From Massalongia carnosa (lineage: Eukaryota): a DNA stretch of 64,000 nucleotides. Position numbers and translations under genes: made by a program. Where the stretch lies: the NCBI GenBank assembly GCA_965645245.1, contig OZ287072.1, positions 1,054,001 to 1,118,000 of the forward strand, in the 5' to 3' direction. Within the stretch, counting starts at the first letter, position 1. The number at the start of each line of letters is the position of its first letter. Of the stretch, positions 12,478 to 25,084 are shown piece by piece. The notes beneath the pieces were generated by a model. It searched no databases. It saw only the letters and a list, made by a program, of their open reading frames with translations, and was not told the DNA's origin.

Positions 12478-13323
12478 GCGTTGACTGCCCATCACCGTGG
12501 AGAGGATTACGGAAGGCATTGAAAGGAGGAAAATAGTGAAGATGGTTTTGGTTTACTCTGTAAATTCTTTTGGAATGATGTCGTCTTGGGTTTCGAATTT
12601 TTCATGTATGGAAGCTGCCGGTCGGCTCAAGATCCACTCGAGTCCATCTAGATCGTTGGCTGTCTTTGACAGCGATCGGTTACAGTAGCTTGTGGTGGAT
12701 TGATGACCTTTACTGGCACCTGAAGCGCAGGATGTTCTAGCAATTTGACCGTTTAGCTGTCATGATTCGTGCTCGAAACTCGAGCCCTGCAACGCAATGT
12801 GACATGTTTCGGGTGTCTGCAAGTTAGTCGGTGCGTCGACCAACAAAGGGTAATATTCGTAAGCCTTTCAGAACATCCTCGTCATCCTAGTCATCCAACG
12901 AGCTTTGCGACGAGACGATCAGAAAAATAACCAGCGCGTTGTTTTATACACCAAGTCTTCACGTGCATCTTGATGTTTGTTTGCTGTTACCTCCAGAGTA
13001 AGAAATAGAATTAAGAGGGAAGGATACTACTGAACTCGCTTTAGCCAATTCTGCTGACTACGTTCGGTAGTTATATCAAAGCTGGTTAGGTAAGAACGTA
13101 AGCTCGGTACGGAGTATCTAGGCATGTACGAAGTACCTTGCACGCCTTCCTTAATATAGGTAGATCGCTCTCAAGCCTCAAGTATCCCGCCCCGCCTATC
13201 CCAACTTATGACTTTCAAGGTACAGAGCTTTCAAGGTACAGAGTAAGGTACTCAACGCAAGGCTTCACAGGCATCATTTTCCCAGTACCCGTCCACATAC
13301 CCTGTAGTACACGCATCAGCAGG

Positions 13324-14638
13324 ATGTCCAATTTTGATCCCAATATCATCCTTCGCGGTGCACAGCTTACAGTCGTCGGAGGTTTGTGGTTGATGGAAAA
13401 CAACGGATCTCAAGCCAAACGCTGAACGCCTCTTCAGCTTTGAGAGCGCTCCAAAACCCAGGTCTTTTCAAATATGAACACTATCGTCAGGCTGCTATGG
13501 CGGTCTGCGCGGGCATCTTGATAAGGCTTCTCATCGCCGTGCCGGTGAGTTCTCCAAGGAGTCGTTGTAGATCTTGGAGTGATATCGTGGCATCGTGTTT
13601 TTCTAGATCGTTGCTGTCAAAGCATCACTTTGGGCACTTTCATTTTTAATGGATTTTAAATCAGCAACATGGGACGACAAATTGGTAGGAGGGCTTGACT
13701 TCGTTGCGAATTCTGTGCTGCAAGTCCCGTTCTTCCTCATGAGTTTGATGCGGTACATTACACCAACCTTGGATCACATGTAAGGGCTTATTCAAATTGG
13801 GTAGATATGGGAAACTTACCTCGATAGGTTCATGGATTCTCTCCAGTGGGTGGATCAAACTTATATGGAAAAGCACAAATCAGAAGATCCAAGCAAGCTC
13901 AGGGCGATGTATTATCCTAACCTGCACCTGTATTCTACCCATGGCGATACGAGCACATGCAAGGCTCCAAAAGACGCCGTTCTAGCTTTTCTCATCCGCT
14001 ATGGACGGAGGGCTGCCATGTCTCTTCTAGTATATCTACTCTCGTATCTCCCTCTTGTTGGCAGGTTTGTCCTCCCAGCAGCGAGTTTCTATACCTTGAA
14101 CAAAGCTCTGGGGCCATTACCTGCGTCTATCATATTCGGTAGTGGCATCTTTCTTCCCAGGAGATATCTCGTAGTATTTCTACAAAGCTACTTTTCCTCG
14201 CGAAGTCTAATGAGAGAGCTGGTCTGTTGCTCTCCCACGTACTTACAAGAGAAGGGCTGATATCGATAGCTCGAGCCCTATTTTTCTCGAATACGGTTCA
14301 ACAAGGATCAAAAACGCCGATGGTTTCACGATCGTGAGGGTTTGCTCTTTGGGTTTGGTGTCGGCTTCTACCTCTTCCTTAAGATTCCACTCCTTGGTGT
14401 ACTTATATACGGCATTGCGGAAGCGTCGACGGCGTATCTTGTTACCAAGATTACAGATCCTCCCCCTTCGCCTGTCTACGGCGCTCAGTTTGCAGAAAGT
14501 CAAACGCGGTGGACCAACAAGCATGAATTCTTAAGGCTACCATTATCTAACCTCGACGCCAACAATATAAATGCGGATCACGAAAACCAAAAAAAAACCG
14601 CCGGGAAGCAAGTGCTTCTAGGGAAGAAATTTTCCTAA
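13324..14638 (+). CDS. usgS: Multi-pass membrane protein, UsgS/EI24-like
   Basis: MSNFDPNIILRGAQLTVVG/ALRALQNPGLF..HYRQAA...; about five exons (first introns ~13382-13437 and ~13545-13606); C-terminal GVLIYGIAEASTAYLVTKITDPPP as I recall for this fungal family. Confidence 0.75.
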
Positions 14639-15550
14639 AAGTGTTTTGAGCCGCCTCTTTAGGGGTCATAGTGAAACCAGGGCTCAAAAGTAGGGGCCCA
14701 TAGCTGCTCTAGAGAGGATGGATTTTTTGCGAGTTCAAGCAGTCTGATGTAGCAAATTGTGGATATACGAAAAAGGATAGAAGTCATCCGGAAGAAAGTT
14801 TTCTCGTGAGCTTGGCCTTTTTTGCTAAGACCCTCCGAAGTTGCTATACTGGCACAAGGAATTTAATAAAATCCAAGTTCTCCTTTGTCGATAGCTGTCG
14901 TTCAATTCTCGCGCGAAGAAACTGTTTCCATTGCGCGGATTGATGACTACCATGGAAGGTATGCGAGGAGCCGACAACATCTGACTCTTCCATGTCAAGC
15001 GTCAAGTTGCCTTCCGTCAATACCAAAAGTCTTTATCTTCATCAAGCGATCACGTCTATCCATCAATTCAAAATATCTGTTCCAATCAAGTCATCTACAT
15101 TGGTTACTTAGGCGATTTGTCCATTGTTCGAGTAAGACTCTCATTCTTTTGCACGGTGTCTATACATCTGAAAGAAGTCAACCGCTTTCATGGTTTTGCT
15201 GTTCATCTTCATGGTCTTTGTCTTTGCCTTTGTCCTCGTTTATGTAGGTGAAGGTCAGGAAGGCGTGGTCGATGCACACGGGTTCGCATATACATATATT
15301 CAATTTCTTGTCAAAAGTAACCAGTCACCTCGCCAAGCAGCAATCAATTGATCAAGAATCGATTACTTGTTGAACGGCTAAATGGTTGACGAAAATGATT
15401 TCACTCTACGTGTCGACGGGAAAAATTATAGCTCTCAGCTTACTGCAAGTATGTCCAAGTCATGCACTACCGCTCTATACCTATCCTTTTCAAGGAGCAG
15501 TACTTCGGAGCTTTTCTAGAAGTGTGCCGCGCGTCAACCAGGATAATATA

Positions 15551-17799
15551 CCGTATAATTTCCCATATAAGCCTCGACTTAACTATTAACCCCTTTTCGG
15601 CTATAAGCCTGTGTTCTAAAATTGAATTTTCAGACCGAGGGGGGGTATTGGGCTATAAGCTCCTAATTCTTAAGAAGATATAGAGGTACTTAATTTTCCT
15701 AGTAATTCTCACTGAATTTGAAGTACCTTCCTATTATTCTTCATCCATCTCGCTGTCGCCGCTATTATCTTCCCCGCCATCGTTTTCCTCAATATTCGAC
15801 CCTATTTCATCTCTTAAAACATACTCGTATCCCCCCCTAATATTCTCATCCATAACTACCTTATTTGTCTCGTCATTTGTCCCCTCATCTGCCCTCTCAT
15901 CTATTCTCTCAGCTGTCTCTATTTCTTCCTCGTTATTTCGTCTCCAATTTCCCACCTCAATGCCCGGAAGATCTTCTACATGCAATTCGTCATCTTCCGA
16001 TCCATCTATGGCCAGAGAAAGTCCTAATTTTCTAAACGCTCGACGAATTACATCGGAGCTTTCTTCATGAAATTCCTTCCAAGCTTGTCCAACCCATTGA
16101 GTAAGCATGATTCGACGATCCCCCACAGTGTATTTTCCCTGATTCCATTGCTCGAAATGCATGTCGAAATGCATGTCGGCCAGCTCCTTTATTCGATTTT
16201 TAATGGGTTTGTTGACTGCTACGTCCAAAACTTGAACGTAGCCGGTGCAGCCCGAGGGGATAAAGGAAGGGGTAATATTCAACTCTCGAAAAGCATCTCG
16301 AACCTACAAATCAGTCAGTTAATCAATTGTTATCTTATCAGATTAAAAGCATACCTCGTCGGTTTTCTGTCCTCTGAATACGTCTAAAGTCAACAATCGA
16401 GGTGTAGCATCTCGAGCATCTCGATTGACGAATCCGACGGTAGCGTACTTATATTGATGTTTTAGCCATCGAATCATGACCGTGGTATTGCTCCATGCAG
16501 TATCATTCCATTGGACCGACACCCCTGTATGATACTGACTTATCTCCTTCTTTATACGACTGTTTTTGATTCCGTCTTTTCCCCTGAAGATAAGAAGCGG
16601 TTTGCAACGATTTATCCCATCAGCAGAGACGTATATCATTAGTGTAGCTTGTCTCTTATCCCATACCGATCTATGCGTCTTGGCCCATATCGTTTTAGCC
16701 CCCTTGAAGTCGTAGGTATGTCCGTCCAGAAATTCGTACGCAATTGGGGTTTGATCCATGTTACCAATATCACAAAGACGATATCTTCCCCCTCCGTGCT
16801 GTGGAATTTGACCTATTAAGGGCTGAGAATTACGTCGATTGAATTGCAGCCAACTTTCAATAGTGGACCGCAAATTCTCGGAAACTATCTGTGATTTTTT
16901 GGTAACTGCTCGTGGAGAAATACCGACTCGATTCCTGAAGTTTTTAAACCACCCAACAGAGAATTTGAAGCCTAGATACTCATCTCTTTTCCCCGCTTTT
17001 CGAATAATTCGATGTGGATACAACTCGGCATATATATGTTTTGCCTGACGTATAATCCATCGTTTATCAACCTTCATTCCAGCTTCTCTTTTGTCTTTAA
17101 ACAGCTCAATCAGCTGTCTTTCCAACTCCGGTTCCTGACAGCCAGTATTGAGAGGTCTGTTTTTTCTGATTCCAGTACTCATGTTTTCGATTACGGAGCT
17201 TGTTTTTAACCATCTACGAAGCATAGCTAGATCAATTCCTAGATTTTTTGCAGCTTCGTATTTACTAATAAGCTTAAGAGTTCCGTCTTTTTGAGTCTTC
17301 CAAGTTGTTGTAGCATAGTTGATAGCAGCTAACTTATTCTCTCGTGTGTAGGATTTTCTTCGACGAGTGATTTCATCATCCGAATTTCTATTAGACACGT
17401 CATCAGCCGATTCACGTATCAAACGAAACTGTTCAGTTATCTGAGTATTGTCTCCGAAAGATGTCTGAGATGACTGTGAATAGCCTGATTTTTTGACACT
17501 TGATGCCCATAAGCTTCTGGAAACAACTGATTTTGTACGAGGACCGGTACGAGTCTTTTTAGGAGATATATGTTGGGGGGCCATATTGAGATGTATAGGA
17601 AGGGCAATGATCAAAACAAGAGAAAATGTATTGGGGGGTGGCGGGAAAATTTTTTTTTTCACCCGTTGTTATAAGCCCCTATTTGACTATAAAAATGATT
17701 TGGCTATTAACCCCTTTTGGCTATCAACCCCCGTTCAAAATCACCTCGGTTCAGTCATCTTAGCTATACGCCCCGAGGCTTATATGGGAAATTATACGG
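15551..17799 (-). mobile_element. Complete pogo/Fot1-group DNA transposon, 2249 bp
   Basis: Perfect 26-bp TIRs CCGTATAATTTCCCATATAAGCCTCG (15551-15576 and 17774-17799); TA at 15549-15550 and 17800-17801; subterminal repeats with 17-18 bp period. Confidence 0.95.
15734..17584 (-). CDS. pogo-type DD35D transposase with CENP-B-like HTH, ~599 aa, one intron
   Basis: Exons 17584-16355 and 16303-15734; 51-nt intron 16304-16354 (GTATGC...CTGAC...TAG). HTH ELERQL...FKFSVGWFKNFRNR; catalytic NMDQT, LTLDVF, QVLD with 35 residues between the last two D after splicing; acidic tail. Confidence 0.9.
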
Positions 17800-18079
17800 T
17801 ATACAACTTATTTGCTGTGATCGAGCGACTAACAAGGTTCCTACATAGCTTAACCCCAAGGGACCAGCAGAACAACAGCCAGGTCCCGTTTCACGTTATT
17901 CTTGACAGCTCGTCCTATTGGCTAGCTTTGGCTTCAACCAGACAACACTAGGACAGCATGTACGTCAAATTCTCTCAATCCCAGCCTCTGTTGATTCAGG
18001 GCTCGGTTCCCTTGCGGTCGTCTCCCCATGCTGAGTGGGAAGCTTAGCAAGATACTAAGACTAAAGCCATTCTCGGGTA

Positions 18080-18680
18080 ACGACAGCTTGCAAGCGGGAC
18101 GAAGGCGGCATGATCAGTGCCATCCCTTTGATTAAATTATCGCTCAGCAGTTTGTTCATGTTAAAAGTAACTGATGGATCAAGGCCAAAATAGGAAATTG
18201 TTGAATGGCGGTTGCGATTATGGTTATAATGGCTTGTTGGGCTCACTGCGTGGATAGCGGGTAGTCTAATCTTCTCTAGGAAGGTTTTAGGTTTAGCGTG
18301 CTTTGCCCTTTGGTGAAAAGTCTGCTCTTTTCCTTTCAGATAGCTATATAGTCAATGCGATTACCTGCAACCAGAGTCTCCTTTTAACTGAAATAAAGGA
18401 ATCACCACAATACCTCGAAGGCTAAACCCCAGTGGCAGTTATGAGATCAAGCCATCTATTAAAACTAGCAGGGTTTTTCTACCTATGCACACCAAGCACG
18501 CGAACTTTTGCATTGGAGATCTACACTTTCCTTATAGGCGACGGTGAGATTTCTCTTTGCGAAGCGATACAAATCGCCGTAGTCATTGATTGCTCTGAAG
18601 CCGTTTATGAAGAACAGGATGGCAGAATCTCGAAGTTCAATCTTTGCATCTTTCACAAGATAGTAGCCTGCTTTTGAGGG
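18080..18680 (-). pseudogene. Possible decayed protein kinase relic
   Basis: Fragments in kinase subdomain order across frames: ELR/IL/CHPVLH, DYGDLYRF, KRADFS (DFG-like, ~18314-18331), KIRLPAIHAVSP (APE region), TISYFGL (DIYSFG-like). Confidence 0.3.
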
Positions 18681-19209
18681 ATCCAACACGGATGGTAAGG
18701 AAGACTGCATCATCATCATGTAACACTAGCCTATCATCAAAAGGGGATGTTGAGTTGAGTTGAATATCTGAGGTGACTCGGCAAGCTTCTTTACTGTATT
18801 CTTAACATTTAATATCTAGATGATAAAACCTTGCAATAGACTTCGATAACTACCAATTATACCTACTGCTCAACGATACTCATGTCCTAATAGCCTCAGT
18901 ATCTATGGATCGACACATCTCCCCGTAATTCTTAGTCTTGATGATAGCGGATTTAAATGCCTAAACAACGCCAGTGTTTCAAATAGGGAGATATTGCTTT
19001 TACTGGTCTATATAAACTCCGGATGATCTGCCTCAAGGCGTACTGCTACATGGGCAACAAGCCGAACATCAATCCTTCCTACTTGTCTCCAGTGGTCTTG
19101 TTGATTCTTAAGATTGTTAGTATTTTCGCTCTACCTGCTTTTTCGGATTTTCTTCAACTACAAGACTTCAGCGCTCCTACGTTACCGACACCGCAAAACT
19201 CGTTCTTCA

Positions 19210-20100
19210 ATGCGCTGCCTACCAATCCTCGCAGCGTACCTCTTCACTTCATCTGTCGACGCAGTTACTCAACCCCAAGTCGACTCCACTAACTCTAACG
19301 ACCAAATCCCCGACCTCGAATCGTCCTATCAAGACTCAAATCTCGCCTATTCAGCATCCCTAACCCCCCCAGCTCCCGGAACTCAAAGTCTTTCAGATCC
19401 AGTCACTGCTTTCCAGCTCACTCAAAAAGACCGCTCCACCCCAAACGAACAGCTATCTCCTTCCGATGCTCAGCCCCTATCTGTTGCGCAGGCTCCAGCC
19501 CTTTCGAAAGCTCCCAGTTTTCCAGACACCTCGCCCCCAGCGCCGAAAGCAGATACCTTTCTACTCGCAGATTATTCGTGTCCCTGGAATAGATGGCTTC
19601 TTTGCTGCGCCGGCATCGTCTTTCCTGGTCCGGACCCGGAGAACGATGGAGGTTTTGTAGGGGACTGTCATCTTTGTAAGATCACATATATTTTTCGTCT
19701 TTATTTCTTCCCACTTCATCAAAGTTTCATCTGAAAGCTTTGTTATATCGCCTAGTTTATTCATCCATCGATCCATTTACTATATTCACTATCAACTGAA
19801 AATTTAAGGACCCAAACCCAAAACCTCTCCTTAGATTATCTATCCATACCTTTCCGTTAATCTTTCCCTTCCAAAAAGCCCAGCTAAGAATACAATCAAC
19901 AGACCGAGCCGAACCCACGCATCAATACTGCCGCATTGAAAGCTTCATGTACTGCTGCCGCAAATGGAAACATTTCTTCCCCGTTCGCGCTCCTATCCCT
20001 TTCCTCCTCTTTGTTCACTCTAACGGCTAAAATTCTTGACGGACAGTGGATCTACGGCGAAGGCTGTAAAGTCCTGTTCCCCGGAAGTGTATCGACTTAG
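19210..20100 (+). CDS. Secreted hydrophobin-like 8-cysteine protein with long low-complexity N-terminus, 199 aa
   Basis: Exons 19210-19675, 19903-19982 and 20047-20100 total 600 nt with matching phases. Signal peptide MRCLPILAAYLFTSSVDA. C-terminal pattern C-x7-CC-x19-C-x11-C-x7-CC-x14-C. Confidence 0.75.
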
Positions 20101-20967
20101 CTAGAACCGTGGCTTTTCTCTCGCTGACAAAGCTTTTCGATCGTGGCGCGCCGAGTTGAAGGGGATGGGGGGGGGGGAAGAGGGTTTAAATTAGAGAAGT
20201 TCGCCCGACGGCTTTTTGACGAGATGGGGCTTTGTAGCCCCCATGGTGAGTGTGCCGGGCATGATGACGATCTTACAAATAACGAATAATGGGAGGTGAT
20301 GATGATAATATTGCTTTCGAAATGGAAAGGGATCGCCTGGCTAGAAGATTAGAGACGTCAAGGATACCTAGGGGGAGTAAAACGGTCCAAGCGCATCATT
20401 ACCTATGATAGTCTCAACCGATCTCTCGAAAGTATTGGCAAGGAAAGGAAGAGACGATACGAACCCGAAGAGGGGGCGCGGTGGGAATCCGGTAAAGCGA
20501 AGTATTGATTAATTAATAAATGGATGGATTGATAAACACCGAAAGCCGGAATCCTTCGCTATATCCATCCCATCCATCGATTTATTTATTTATTTCTCTC
20601 TCATTCTCTCTCTATATCTATCTGCAGCCTGTAATCTGCAAACTACGAACTCGGACCCCATCGTGTCGAAGAAATTGGGGGGGGGGGGCGAATTAAACCT
20701 GGGGGAATTAGTGGAAGAATTGTTTTTTCCCCCATGTCCTTTCCTTTCTCTGCCTATGCTGTAGTATACCTTACTGTAGCCAGTTCAGCTCTTCGAATCA
20801 ATCCGTTCTCTCTCTCTCTTTTCTCATTTCGAGGGAAAACAGAAGCGGGAATCCGTTTCCGGTACCCATCCATTCATCCATTCCTTCCTTTCTCCCGTTC
20901 TCAAGCAAACAAGCAAGCAAACATTCAATCAACGAACAACCAACCAACCAATCAATCACCCTGGAAC

Positions 20968-21041
20968 TTACCTACCTACCCACCCACTCACCCACCCACC
21001 CACTCACCCACCCACCCACCCACCTACCTACCTATCTACCT
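20968..21041. repeat. Mixed (ACCT/ACCC/ACTC)n tetranucleotide microsatellite
   Basis: Read directly in a low-complexity intergenic region. Confidence 0.8.
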
Positions 21042-21962
21042 AATTCAAGCAACAGATCAAAAGTCCAGCTACTGTCAAGTAAGTCTTACTCAATCCAAAG
21101 CGGCTGATGGCTGATGGGTTTGCTTTAGGTTAAAAAACCTCGCGGAAAGGGAAGAAAGGGAGTTGTGCCTTGAAAGGAGATGGATGGGTTAAGTAGTAGA
21201 TAGCTAAGTAAGACCGGAGGACCGGAGGGGGGAAAGTAAGTGTTTAAGCGATTACACTCAAGGGAAATAATTGCGGGATCTCAACTAGGTATGGCAAGAA
21301 AGACGCAAGTACTTCCCCGGAAAGAAAAAGAAAGAAAAAGAAAGAAAAACCCAACTCCAAATCCCTTCACCCTCATCGCTTTCCCCAGTCCGCCTACAAA
21401 AGGAGAGAAAAAAAACCCCCCTCAAACTCCCCGACTCCCACATTCTCAACCCAAATATCCCCGGCACCTCCCCTCTCAAACAATAGCACTCCTACCCCCA
21501 TCCCTACTTCGACCTTCCCACCTCCTTCCCCTTCCCCCTACTAGCCCTTGTAGCCTCCTTCGGGCTGGGCCTCACAGCAGCTCCAGCCCCTACCTTAGAT
21601 CCTCGCTCTAACTTCGGCCGCCCTATGGATAAGTAACCCTGCTTCCTCTCATACCTTGCGCTATCAGCCTTGGGAACCCCCCTTGCACTCGGCTTGACTG
21701 CCGCTCCCACCCCCGGCTTGGATACTCGCGGCAGAGCCGACGGAGTCACAGGCGTAGAGCCCCTCTTCTCCTCCCTTCCTCCTCCTCCTCCTCCTGCTGT
21801 AACCATTCTTCCTGTTGCCCTTCTCGCTGGCGATCCGCCTGCCTGTTCAAGGAGCTCTGAGTTTCGTTGGAGAAAATCCTGGATTTGGTCCAGGCCAGCC
21901 TGAGGGAGATGTGCGGGAGGAGGCAACCCCACCCGCGCGGCGGCAGCGTTTTTGGACGGCGG

Positions 21963-24586
21963 CTACACTCTGGGCGTCCCGATTCGTAGTTGCGTAGGGA
22001 TCCCACCGGCCACGATATCTTCCGCAATCGGTGACGGGGCAGGCGGAGCTCGCGTTTCAGGATCAAGGATGAAACCATTGCCTACAGGTCCAAACCGGAC
22101 GAAGGGCTCGGGGAAAGATTCGTGGAAGATCCTTGTGTTGGGCATAGCAGCATCCTGCTTCTCCGGCTTTTCACCACGCTTGATGCCCTCAAGGCGGGAA
22201 AGCGGATTCGCCGCTTGAGGTGGTTCCTTGGGCGGCAGAAGCGGTTTGGAGTCCTTGCTACGCCGGAGAGCTCTTTTTAGAGCGTTCCAGATCCCGTCGC
22301 CCCGCTTGGATTTTTCCGGCGACGTCTTCATGACCCGGGGGGTTCCGCTGACCCCCGGGGTTTTCCTCGCCCCGCCTAAAATCCTTCCCAACGTCGTCCG
22401 CGCCGGATCTCGTGATGCCAATTGTGGGGCCTGAGCGTCTCTGCTTCGGCCTAGAGCCAAGGCTGCCGAGTCCGCGCCAATGTACGGCGGGCGACCTCGG
22501 GCTTGCTCCACCAAAACCAAAGCTTCCGTCTCTGCAATGCTCTCCTCGCCCCGAAGCTTCTGCTGGGCCTTCTCTTCCGCCTTCTGCGCCTGTAGTGCAT
22601 CTGCACGCACCTTTGCACGCGCCTCCATAGCCTCTTTCGCGTGCATCTCATGCTCTAATTCCATGCGCTTTTGTAGCCAATTCTCCTGCGGCTCGGCAGG
22701 GTGTAACCGATCCTGCGCGATGAAGCGCAGGAAGGGCTTCCTGTTTTTCCGTTTCACCTCATTGCCATGATGGTCGAGAATTGTCAAGGGCGCCACGTAA
22801 AATTCCCTAGGTAAGCCTTCATATACTTTCTCTATGTCCGCCAAGCGACAAAAGCCGCCAAGACCATTGCCTAGGCTAACGCCATCTACAAAGTCTGCGG
22901 GCGGGATAGCAGCCAGACCGGGCCTTGTGGCTGCGATCTGAAGTCTAGACATCTCTTGTTCGTGGGCTATGAACCAGTCGGTGTTCTCACGGAATGCACC
23001 ACGAAAGCGCGATGATTTCCTACGAACGTTCTGCTGTTCCTTCGTCCAAAGCATGAGACCTGCGTGAACCCCTTCCGGATTGCGCATTTTTGATGCCTTG
23101 AAGACAGGGTTGTAAGTTTGTTTGGCGTGGTCGTTCGTTAAGGAGTAGAGCTCGTAGGGGGTTGGACGTTGCTCCTTGTTGGGTATGATGCATCGGCGGG
23201 CGAGGTCGACAAGAGCCCGAGAATATGGATAATACTCGTAGGACCATTCTAGATCAAGGTCGAGCAAGCTCCAAGATTCCTTGAGGTACCGAGGAGTGAC
23301 TTGACGCAAGCAGGCCAAAATGACACACCCTAAGGAGTAAATATCGGAACGTGGGGATACATAAGGATTGGGAGCTTGAGAGGGGTCGGAGCGAATGCGG
23401 TCGTTATTCTCCGGGGCTACATAACCCAGAGTCCCACCACACCACATGGCGCGTTTTAACCTACGGATCTTGTTGTTGGGAACACTGTAGGCAAGGCCAT
23501 AGTCGGCGAGTTTGAGCGTGGGATAGAGGGTTCTATTATTGGGGTCAGGCATGTCCAGGAGGACTATAGCGGCCATATTAGCTTTCAATAGTCGTGTGAT
23601 TTGGGGTTAGGATTGAGTTGGAGCACTGACTGTTATCTGGCTTGATGTCTCGATGTATTATGGGATGCCAATCTGGAAGCTGCGTTGGGGCTGCAGCTCC
23701 GTTGGCATTGGAACAGATGGCCGAAGCAATGCTATGGAAGATATGCCATATGAAGGCCTCAGGAAGAACCAAGCTGAGATGGAAAGATAGTTTCAGTTTC
23801 ATCATCTCATGATACGAGGACGCAGGCGACATACTCAGACATCTCATAAACCCATAATAACCTGTGCAGCGTGCCGTATGGGCAATATTCGTATAGTATT
23901 CTGGTCCTTGGATTGGGTTTGGGAAGCGTAATCCAATCGAGAACCTTTACGACATTGGGGCAACCGGCTGCATTTAGCTTTCGCGTTAAGTGTGCCTCTG
24001 CACAGTAGTCCTTGAAGAACCTATCGAATTCAGCATCCTTGCAAGCTACTTGATCTGGTTTCTATAAGCCATCAGCCATATGTCAAAATAGCTCATGCAA
24101 GGTAATTCCCCACCAGATTGCCGCCTCTTTCTCGCACCCATAAAATCACCTCCCCGTATGATCCACGTCCCAGAGACTCTGTTGGTTTCCATTGTGCCGG
24201 TTCAGACATTGTCCTTGAATCGTAGGTCAAGATGTTCTCAAGGTCCGTGAGCCCCATGGTATCTCGGGACCTCTCGTCGATGCTTGCGAGATTGTCCAAG
24301 TACCAGCTAATGGCTCCGGATCTGTTGAAAGGGCTCTCTACCATCGCACGAAGTTCTTTCCAAAAAAAAGGGATTACAGGTGGAGGTGTGTCGCAAGACG
24401 TATCTTCATTAGCAAGAGGCCTCGTTGGAATATCAGGGTTCATAACCCGAAGCACGGCCCTAGGGGTATGTAGATTAAGATGCTCGAATTGAAGAGCTGG
24501 AAAGGTTTGCTTCTTGATGGGTGCAAGGAAACCCCACCCATAGGTACATCTTCATCTATCCTCTCTATTCCTAGCCGCTTGTCCAT
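21963..24586 (-). CDS. Ser/Thr protein kinase (NIMA/NEK-like domain) with long C-terminal extension
   Basis: LGRGSYGEV (24093-24455 exon), VACK..EAHL..YEYCPYGTL (~23835-24065), LPEAFIWHIF..IIHRDIKPDN, LKLADYGLA, GTLGYVAPE, SDIYSLG. Start and true C-terminus are uncertain; it may extend to 21504. Confidence 0.85.
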
Positions 24587-25084
24587 ACTCGCAAGGGAGA
24601 AAGGAGCAAATGAATGGTGATTATTCCAACGAAGGTCGGTGGATGAATTAATCTCGGTCTGCGAACAGTTTCAAGGTACCTCCCTTGGTTAGGGTCCTGC
24701 TATGATACAAGCCGCTTATGCTGCTAGGAATCTCAAGTGCTAGCTCTTAACTTTGGCTGCTTGGTTAGTGATCGCTTTTGAGCGTCATTCAAAAAGTATT
24801 AGAAGAGGCTCCACAAGCTAACGGGAAAGCAGACCACAAAAGATCGTAGACTCGATTGCCTGGCAAGTCCTCAATGCCTGGTAGTCCGCAAGCAGAAATC
24901 GGCTTAACAAAGAACAAAGTAATCAAAGAAATGCATGCCCGACGAACATCATGAAGACGAAACCAACGCAATTACGTTCTACCAATATTCTTTGTTCCAT
25001 AAAACTATCAGCATGTCGTAGCATCCAAAGTCGGCACGCACAAAAAACCAGAGCGGGCAAATAAAGATAAATCCACTTGCAGGC

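Noticed and set aside
16343..17662. ORF-track start at 17662 and a two-ORF broken transposase
   Set aside because: The extension lies in subterminal low-complexity DNA; ATG 17584 is more plausible and a canonical intron joins the two ORFs.
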